From contig CAWALK010000005.1 in NCBI GenBank assembly GCA_963782915.1, positions 1-32,213 of the forward strand: a stretch of 32,213 nucleotides of DNA, in the 5' to 3' direction. Below, piece by piece: positions 25,073 to 32,213 of this stretch. The stretch's first letter is position 1. Each line of letters opens with the position of its first letter. The notes under the pieces are model-generated. The model made no database searches. It was not told the DNA's origin and saw only the letters and a list, made by a program, of their open reading frames with translations. The translations under genes and the position numbers were made by a program. The DNA comes from an uncultured archaeon. GTDB lineage: Archaea > Thermoproteota > Bathyarchaeia > Bathyarchaeales > Bathycorpusculaceae.

Positions 25073-27656
25073 TTGAATAAAAAAATCTTTGCAATTTTGC
25101 TTTTTTTGGCTTTTGCATTAGGAACATTTGCAGCTATACCAAATGAAGTAAACGTACAAGCAGCAACAGCAGCAACACAAAAGACCTATTCAATTACTGA
25201 TGCAATCCCCGACAAAATAGGCATTGGCGAAACAACACTTCTCAAAACCGGTATTACACAAGCACTAAACGCAGCCGAAGATGGTTGGAGCGGCCTTACA
25301 ATCACAGTCACAAAACCAGACGGTACAAACACAACATTGGGACCGTTCAAGTCAGACTCGACTGGTTCAACCTTCACCCAATACACGCCAGACGCAGTAG
25401 GCACCTACACTATAACAAGCAACTTCCCACAACAAGAAATGCCAGTAAACACAGACGACGCAGAAAGAGGCATAACTATTCCTAAGGGAACCATCATGCT
25501 TGCAAGCAGTGCATCATGCACATTAGTCGTAACAAATGAGCCTTCACCAGTGTATCCTGGTCATTCCCTTCCAACTGAATACTGGAGTCGCCCAATCGAC
25601 CCACAGCTTAGAGAATGGTTCAGCATCTCAGGTAACTGGGTTCAACGACCAGACAATTCATTTGCACTCTTCAATGACGATGCACCAGACACAGCACACG
25701 TACTATGGGCTCAAGACTTAACAACCGGCGGTATGTCAGGCGGTCTCACAGGCCCTGGTCAAGTCACTGCAGGAATGAACTCAGGCGACGCATACGAAGG
25801 CAAATTCTCCAACTCAGTCATACTCAACGGAAAACTTTTCTACAATACTGGACCCGCACCAGGCTTTTACGGTTCACTTGGCTCATGTAACGTCAAAGCA
25901 GTTGACCTACACACAGGCGAGGAACTCTGGGTAAAAAATGACACCTTCCTATCCTTTGGTCAAGAATTCTACTGGAACAGCTACAACGTAGACGGTGTAT
26001 ACAGTTATCTTTGGACAACATCGACCACTTATGATCCACCATTCTTCATCCCAAAAACCACTTGGACTGCATACGACCCCTTTGATGCTTCTTGGTGCTT
26101 CACTTTCGAGAATGTTCCCTCAGGAACACAAATCTATGGCCCAAGCGGCGAAATCCTGATCTATCAAATTGACCTCGTCAACAACCGACTGATGCTTTGG
26201 AACTCAACCCTCTGCGGTCTACAAAATGCGGCGCCAGATTCACCTGATCTCGGTAGTTGGGCAAGCAACGTCATGATGAGAACATTCGATGCGTCAAATC
26301 CAAAAAGCTACTCTTGGAATGTCTCTATCCCAGCTGGCTTGAAACAGAAGCACAACATTCGGGGCATCAATCGCGAAGATCTACGATGACAGATATGCCT
26401 CATTATTCTTCAACCAAACAATGGTAAGAGTATGGGCAATCAACACTGCAGGCTTAACAAAAACATCCACATCAGCTTCAATGCTATTCGATCAAACCTG
26501 GGCTGCACCAACCGAATGGCTTGCAGGCTCTAACACTCTACATTACACAGGCGCAACAAATTATGTATCCGACAGTACCTACGGCGACGGTGTCATAGCA
26601 GTATGGGATAAAGAACTAAGAACCCACTATGGCTTCAGCATTGTAACTGGTAAATACCTCTGGGCAACTGGCTCTGAAATCTATTCCGATGCTTACGGAT
26701 GGGGTAATGCAGAACACACTTGGTACTTTGCTTATGGCAAATTGTACTCAGTGGGTGTCGGCGGTATCCTCTATGCTTACGACCTCGCAAACGGAGGCAC
26801 AGCATGGACATACAATCTAACTGGCCGCCCAACTGGAGAACCCGTCACAGGCAACAACTGGTGGGGCTGGATTGACCTAATTTCTGATGGCAAAATCTAC
26901 ATCGGCACACTCGAGCACTCAGCAGAGAACCCACTACCAAGAGGCGCACCCTACATCGCAGTTAACGCAACAGACGGCAGTGAAATCTTCCGTGTCAACG
27001 GTATGTTCCGTGAAACCAGATGGGGCGGTAACGGCATCATCGCTGATAGCATCATCGCAACCATGGACACATACGACCAGCGCGTATATGCAATCGGCAA
27101 AGGCCCAACAAAACTAACTATTGACGTACCAGGTATCGGCGTAGCATCAGGACAAAGCATCATGATACGAGGCACATTAACCGACACATCACCAGCCACC
27201 TCGACTTACGCATTAACCTCAAGATTCCCCAACGGTGTCCCTGCAGTATCTGACGACAGCCAAAGCCAATGGATGCTCTATGTATACAAACAATTCGAAC
27301 GCCCAACAAACGCAACTGGTGTTCCACTAACTATCTCAGTCATTGACGCTAACGGCAACTATAGAACTATCGGAGAAACAAAAAGTGACTCAAACGGAGA
27401 CTACAGCTTCAGTTGGCTCCCAGACATCGCAGGCCAATACAGTGTCTATGTAACCTTCGCTGGATCAAAAGCATACTATCCATCAACCGCTGGAAGCGCT
27501 TTCGTTGTTGACCAAGCACCAGACGCAACCGCAGCGCCAACACAGACACCACAAACAATGACTGATCAATACTTCATACCCGCAGTAGTGGCCATAATCC
27601 TCGCAATCGCAATAGGCTTTGTAGTAACAATTCTGGTCCTAAGGAAACGACCGTAA
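25073..27656 (+). pseudogene. PQQ-like beta-propeller surface protein (paralogue 2) split by a single +1 frameshift (ORFs 25073-26389 and 26421-27656)
   Basis: The two ORFs are the N- and C-terminal halves of the paralogue architecture. Removing one base at ttgAAAcag (26342-26344) gives PAGL-NRSTTFGASIAKIYDDR...MVRVW and an 860-aa protein. It may be a true lesion or an assembly error. Confidence 0.8.
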
Positions 27657-27716
27657 AATAAGAAAAATAAACAATCTTTCCCTCCCTTTTTTAGTTTTAA
27701 TTTGACCCAAGAATTC

Positions 27717-27830
27717 AACTGAGGTTGAGTAAGGCTCTTGAATTGCACGGCGATGGTTGCAGTCATCGTAGTTACATCTGAATTCTCTTACGCCTTAAGG
27801 AAAAGTGACAAAAGCCATAGCGGCCTTGGA
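27717..27830 (+). ncRNA. Putative structured ncRNA, copy B (most diverged)
   Basis: After the same pyrimidine tract: AACTGAGGTTGAGTAAGGCT..., GCGATGG-TTGCAG-TCATCGT hairpin (27750-27769), TTACAT...CGCCTTAA. GGCTCTTG/CAAAAGCC and CTGAGGTTG/CGGCCTTGG pairing are possible with G-U. Confidence 0.55.
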
Positions 27831-27864
27831 AGAAGAACCCTGAAGCTAACCATAGCTTGAGGCT

Positions 27865-28143
27865 TTATTTATAGCTCATACCCATGCGTTTCATAAAAGA
27901 TAGAACAGCTTCATATTCGTCTATGTATTGTCTGCCTTTCTCAGTAAGCTTAAGCGACGTCTCGTTTTCAATTAGACCTAACTCCTTTAGGTCAGAAATG
28001 TATTTTTTTAAACGGGTAAATGGAACATTAATTTTCAACTGGATGTGCGTAATAATTATTTTTTCATTAGCGGATTCGGCACGGATTATTAATAGAAGAT
28101 CCCCATAAATTTTCATTTTATCTCTTCTTTGGATCTTCTTCAT
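27865..28143 (-). CDS. Winged helix-turn-helix regulator (HTH_45-like), paralogue of 16560-16838
   Basis: RRDKMKIYGDLL, ITHIQLKINVPFTRL, ELGLI, LTEKG, F(M/F)(K/R)RMG shared tail. Confidence 0.85.
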   Translation of the reverse strand: MKKIQRRDKMKIYGDLLLIIRAESANEKIIITHIQLKINVPFTRLKKYISDLKELGLIENETSLKLTEKGRQYIDEYEAVLSFMKRMGMSYK

Positions 28144-28145
28144 GG

Positions 28146-28841
28146 TTAGTGCCTTTTTTTCTTGATTAGGTAAAAAGTTTTAGAGGCTGATATGAGAAAA
28201 ACGGCCAGACTCGTTAAACGGAGCGCTAAAGATACCCAAAATGCAAAAACGCCTGAATAGAAATTCAATATTAAATATGATAACTGGCTTAGTCCAAGGA
28301 GTGCATAACCACTCAGTACCCATATAGATATTGGGTCAGGCTCTTTTGCTTGCTCCCTGAAGCAGTGAATGAAAATGTATGTAAGGCAAACAAGGTTTAA
28401 GATTCGAATAAAACTACTTAGAGTTAGGTAACTGCGTATTGGTATTTGTGGGGCAATAAAATTTAAAAGAAGTAGGGCCGCTAAGGACACAAATAGTCCG
28501 CTAAATATAATATCCCAAATGTAACGCGTATTTTTGGTTGGTTTTTTTGAGAAATAGTAGGCAACTGCAAGGAATAAAAATGCAAACGCCCTAAAAAGAA
28601 GTTGAATCCACTTTATGCCACTTTCATAGAAATTAGGTTGAGCATATGCTATTGCCGAAAGAGCGTAAGAGGCGCCGAGAAAACCGAATCCGAGCGGTAA
28701 ACCGATATAGCGACCTTCACGAGTAACTATATAGGGTTTAATCATAAACCACAGTAAAACAGCGCAAGCGACCGCTGATATAATTTCTACTGCGATACGT
28801 AGTATTATGTCAGACATAGGTTGGTTCAGCCAGAGGTACAA
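28146..28841 (-). CDS. 7-TM membrane protein (putative sensor), paralogue of 15863-16582
   Basis: KPY...REGRYIGLPLGFGFLGASY, NLVCLTYI, SQLSYL, RLTSLAVF. Its stop lies 2 bp from the wHTH start; alternative ATG at 28817. Confidence 0.8.
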   Translation of the reverse strand: MYLWLNQPMSDIILRIAVEIISAVACAVLLWFMIKPYIVTREGRYIGLPLGFGFLGASYALSAIAYAQPNFYESGIKWIQLLFRAFAFLFLAVAYYFSKKPTKNTRYIWDIIFSGLFVSLAALLLLNFIAPQIPIRSYLTLSSFIRILNLVCLTYIFIHCFREQAKEPDPISIWVLSGYALLGLSQLSYLILNFYSGVFAFWVSLALRLTSLAVFLISASKTFYLIKKKRH

Positions 28842-28955
28842 CTTTTAGTATATTCATCTTTCTTGCTTTTTAGTGCTATCTTATTGAAAAATATGTATTT
28901 ACGTTATACGAACCACAGGTCCATGAGTCTTATTAATTGAAACTGCAAAATATGG

Positions 28956-28971
28956 CTCTATAAATATAGAG
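28956..28971. promoter_or_regulatory. Inverted repeat CTCTATA-AA-TATAGAG overlapping a TATA-like box and the RBS of paralogue 3
   Basis: Perfect 7-bp inverted repeat in the divergent intergenic region between the 7TM-wHTH operon and the surface-protein gene. Confidence 0.35.
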
Positions 28972-28983
28972 GAAAGAAAAAAA

Positions 28984-31584
28984 ATGAAAATTAAATTATC
29001 GAATAAAACTATCAGCGCTTTAATTGCTTTGACTCTAATACTGACAATTGCTATCACAATGTTTACTTTACCCTCTGCCAACTCAGCAACGGTACCTACA
29101 CTTACAAGGAAGGCAAATGTCTACATTGCAGCTACCCCTAATCCAGTAGGAACCGGTCAGGAAACACTGCTTCATATTGGTATGAAAGATGAGCTTCAAG
29201 CAGAGTACCTGGGCTGGAAGGGCTTAAGCATAACGATTCAAAAACCAGACGGTACCACAGAGACACTCACAGATATCAATACTGATTCGACTGGTGGAAC
29301 GGGCAGAATATACGTACCTTCTGTGGCAGGTAACTACACTATACAGGCGCATTTCCCCGCACAATGGCAGAACGTTACAGTTAACGGTGGTGCCAATATA
29401 TTCTATGACGCGGCTGTCAGCCCGAATGTAACACTTACCGTAACCGAAGACCCAATACCCACATATCCAGGGCATTCACTCCCAACCGAATACTGGTCTC
29501 GACCAATTGATTCACAGCTTAGAGAATGGTATGAGGTTACTGGAAACTGGTTAACAACATACCCCGCAAATCGATATGCCAAATACAACAGTGAGGCACC
29601 AGAAAGCGCACACATTCTATGGGCTAACCAACTAGCAGAAGGCGGACTCAGCGACGGTTTGATTGGCTCTGACAATTCAACTCACTCCTACGAGGACGGT
29701 AGCGCATACGAAAACAAGTTCTACAACTCAGTAATACTAAGTGGCGTACTCTACTACAACCTGTATGAAAGTCGTGGCGATCCATATGCTGAACAAATAG
29801 TCGTTGCTGTAGATTTGAAGACTGGTGAAGAGCTCTGGTCTAAACCTCTTATTGGCAAAGTAGCTCGCTCAGGAACCACCGCCGCAGAGACAGTTGCATC
29901 TGCAAATATAGTCATCGATGGAGTAAGCGACCAATTCCCAGATGGCATTGGCAGAAGACTAGCGTTTGGTCAACTCTTCTATTGGAACTCATACAACTAC
30001 GACGGCTCTTACGCATTACTATGGACAACCAGTGGCACAACTTGGATGGCATTTGACGCTTACACTGGACGATGGATATACACCATTATGAACGTACCCA
30101 CCGGCACCACAACCTACGGTATAAACGGTGAACTCTTAAGAGTTGACGTTCAGAACACGAAAGGCTACATAGCTATGTGGAACTCGAGTAATCTAGTATC
30201 AGCCGCAGGAAGCTGGAACCCACATGGAAACGTCTACAACGCAACAGGAACGGGGGCAGGACCTAAGCGTGCATGGGAATGGAACGTAACGATACCAAAG
30301 TTAGCGGGAAGTGTTATGCATATTCTTGAAGATAGAGTGCTTGGTTCAAACTATGGTAGTGACAGATATATTCAGCAAGCGATTGTGCGACAGAATGCTG
30401 ATATTAACTTCTGGGGAATAAGCACAGACCCAGAAAACCCGGGAAAACTGCTGTTTAACACAACATGGACACCGCCAAAGGATGAGACTATATATTCAAA
30501 GGCTGCAAGTCTAGATGCTGGCTTTTTCTTAGTTACTACTAAAGAATCAGCTTCACACTATGCTTTCGATATTGATACTGGTAAACTGCTTTGGGGCCCA
30601 ACAGTACCGCAAAACTATCTCGACTCATTTAGTATTCTACTCTACGGTGCGCCCAAGATCGTCTACGGCAATGTCTACTGCCAAGCTATGAGCGGAATAT
30701 TGTATTGCTACGATGGTGCGACAGGCGAAACTCTATGGACCTATGAACCTACTGACCCCTACAACGAGGTACTATGGTCAGACCAGTGGACATCAACTAT
30801 AATGTTCATCGCTGACGGAAAAATTTACAGTGGCAACTATGAGCACTCCCCAGAGACTCCTAGAGCACGCGGCGCGACATTCACATGCATCAATGCCTCA
30901 AACGGTGGTCTCATATGGAAGCAAGATGGCATATGGCCAACAAGTTACACCCCTGACGCAATGATTGGAGACAGCACAATGGTGCTAATGGACGCATACG
31001 AGAATACCATATACGCTTATGGCAAAGGACCAAGCGCCACTGAAGTCACCGCACCGAGTGTAAGCGTCACTGCAGGCGACAATATAGTGATATCCGGCAG
31101 CGTTACGGACATTTCACCGGGAACCGATGAATATGCATTGACGGCGAGATTCCCCAACGGCGTTCCAGCAGTCTCTGATGAGAGCCAAAGCGCATGGATG
31201 CTCTATGTATACAAACAATTCGAATGCCCAACAAACACTACTGGCGTTGAAGTAATCTTAACTGCTTTGGACCCTAATGGTAACTATATCACCCTCGGCT
31301 CGACTACAACGGATGCAAGCGGCACCTTCGGATACAACTGGGCAACACCTGACATTCCAGGCAAGTACACGATCACTGCCATATTCGCTGGCTCCTCGGC
31401 ATACTATTCTTCAAATGCACAAACCTACGCTATCATAGAGTCTGCACCTGAACCCACCGCTGAACCAACAAAAACACCAACGGCAATCTCAGAAACCTAC
31501 TTTGTACCTGCAATTGTGGGTCTATTCATTGCAATAGTAGTAGGTTTCGTGTTGATGCTATTAGTACTCAGGAAACGACCATAA
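28984..31584 (+). CDS. Secreted, C-terminally anchored PQQ-like beta-propeller surface protein (paralogue 3)
   Basis: Signal peptide; TPNPVGTGQ; LPTEYWSRPID; DLKTGEELW, DIDTGKLLW, DGATGETLW; RFPNGVPAVSD; P/T linker; TM helix and RKRP. Confidence 0.9.
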   Translation: MKIKLSNKTISALIALTLILTIAITMFTLPSANSATVPTLTRKANVYIAATPNPVGTGQETLLHIGMKDELQAEYLGWKGLSITIQKPDGTTETLTDINTDSTGGTGRIYVPSVAGNYTIQAHFPAQWQNVTVNGGANIFYDAAVSPNVTLTVTEDPIPTYPGHSLPTEYWSRPIDSQLREWYEVTGNWLTTYPANRYAKYNSEAPESAHILWANQLAEGGLSDGLIGSDNSTHSYEDGSAYENKFYNSVILSGVLYYNLYESRGDPYAEQIVVAVDLKTGEELWSKPLIGKVARSGTTAAETVASANIVIDGVSDQFPDGIGRRLAFGQLFYWNSYNYDGSYALLWTTSGTTWMAFDAYTGRWIYTIMNVPTGTTTYGINGELLRVDVQNTKGYIAMWNSSNLVSAAGSWNPHGNVYNATGTGAGPKRAWEWNVTIPKLAGSVMHILEDRVLGSNYGSDRYIQQAIVRQNADINFWGISTDPENPGKLLFNTTWTPPKDETIYSKAASLDAGFFLVTTKESASHYAFDIDTGKLLWGPTVPQNYLDSFSILLYGAPKIVYGNVYCQAMSGILYCYDGATGETLWTYEPTDPYNEVLWSDQWTSTIMFIADGKIYSGNYEHSPETPRARGATFTCINASNGGLIWKQDGIWPTSYTPDAMIGDSTMVLMDAYENTIYAYGKGPSATEVTAPSVSVTAGDNIVISGSVTDISPGTDEYALTARFPNGVPAVSDESQSAWMLYVYKQFECPTNTTGVEVILTALDPNGNYITLGSTTTDASGTFGYNWATPDIPGKYTITAIFAGSSAYYSSNAQTYAIIESAPEPTAEPTKTPTAISETYFVPAIVGLFIAIVVGFVLMLLVLRKRP

Positions 31585-31644
31585 GGTGAAAACGAAATGA
31601 AAAACACCCTTTCCCTTCCTTTTTTTAGTTTCAATTTATGTTTC

Positions 31645-31762
31645 AGGCTGGGGCTGAGTGGGCTTCTGGACTACTGTTTTACGCGGTGTTTGCGATCATC
31701 GTGTTTGCATTTTTCTTCTCTCCTTAAGAATAAATGTCTAGGCGCCTCAGTAAACCCAGTTT
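31645..31762 (+). ncRNA. Putative structured ncRNA, copy C
   Basis: AGGCTGGG/CCCAGTTT; GCTGAG/CTCAGT with an AAA bulge; CTGGAC/GTCTAG; ACGCGGTG/CATCGTGT hairpin with TTTGCGAT loop; TTTGCATTTTTCTTCTCTCCTTAA; followed by a T-rich tract at 31766-31788. Confidence 0.7.
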
Positions 31763-31798
31763 AAACCTTTTTTCGTTTTCTTTTTCTTGAAATAATTA

Positions 31799-31868
31799 GG
31801 CGCCGGGGTTAAGGACTCGAACCCCTGTGGGCATGAAGCCTCTGGCTGTCTTGCCATTTCTGGCTCTT
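31799..31868 (-). pseudogene. Degenerate 3' part of a long-variable-arm tRNA (Ser/Leu-like)
   Basis: Reverse complement: GCCAG (3' anticodon stem) A GGC-TTCAT-GCC (variable arm) CACA GGGG-TTCGAGT-CCTT (T arm) AA CCCCGGC G CC. No matching 5' acceptor strand GCCGGGG or D arm is present upstream. Confidence 0.6.
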
Positions 31869-32153
31869 GCCCTTACGATAGGTTTTTTTTAATGTGGGTT
31901 TTTTGCATGCGCTACTTTGGTACTTTATGGCTTAATTTTAGCAACGAGAATTGTAAAAGGCAAAACTGATTTAGCAAAGAATGGTTTGTGCCTTATCTTT
32001 CGTTTATGAATAAAAATAAGAAAAAATGCTATATTCGTAATCGTTATTCATAATTATACTTAATTTTATGGCAAGTTTGAAGCATATTTGCAAAACCATA
32101 AATACGCAAAGGAAACAAAAAAAGAAGCCATAGACATAGGAGATAAGAAAAAA

Positions 32154-32213
32154 TTGCATGTATTAAAAAAAATTGCAACAATAATGTCTGTTTTGTTAAT
32201 TGCTTGTATTGTA
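32154..32213 (+). CDS. 5' end of another secreted protein (truncated by the window edge), possibly a fourth beta-propeller paralogue
   Basis: TTG start after GGAGATAAGAAAAAA; translation MHVLKKIATIMSVLLIACIV resembles the signal peptide of paralogue 2 (MNKKIFAILLFL). Confidence 0.6.
   Translation, partial: MHVLKKIATIMSVLLIACIV

Noticed and set aside
27566-27766. Small - strand ORFs starting at the SD+ATG-like sequence within the ncRNA copies (including the 66-aa ORF in the track)
   Set aside because: No conserved peptide: the start after the SD gives MQTR* in C, M* in B, a CTG in A and an unrelated 43-aa ORF in D. The G-U pattern favours a + strand RNA.
663-29948. Remaining short (60-130 aa) antisense or off-frame ORFs nested in the long genes
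   Set aside because: They lie within well-supported CDSs and show no recognisable motifs.

Overview
Archaeal genomic window. Bathyarchaeia is inferred from the repeated ~860-aa PQQ-like beta-propeller surface proteins ending in a TM helix plus K/R-rich tail, the TrmB, double-Lrp and HTH_45-type regulators, and the oligo-T terminators. The left half holds a degenerate CPBP-like membrane protein, a radical SAM/SPASM enzyme with a long N-terminal extension, a trehalose/alpha-glucan cluster (treT divergent from treZ-GH57/DUF3536-treY-malQ), a duplicated-domain membrane protein and a nucleoside 2-deoxyribosyltransferase. The right half is an array of three beta-propeller surface-protein paralogues (one frameshifted), with the start of a fourth secreted gene at the window edge. 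Interleaved are two homologous 7TM + winged-helix gene pairs, TrmB, double-Lrp, an RsbW/RsbV-like pair with a TPP enzyme, an internally deleted sensor-PP2C pseudogene and a tRNA 3' fragment. The main unexplained signal is a ~110-nt structured non-coding element in four diverged copies: one behind each beta-propeller gene and one stand-alone. It has conserved stems with G-U pairs on the + strand, plus a segment that reads as anti-Shine-Dalgarno + anti-start-codon; in copy C this segment is complementary to the shared leaders of the surface-protein genes. It is a candidate sRNA system cross-regulating paralogous surface proteins. All alignments and folds were done by eye; no database search was possible.
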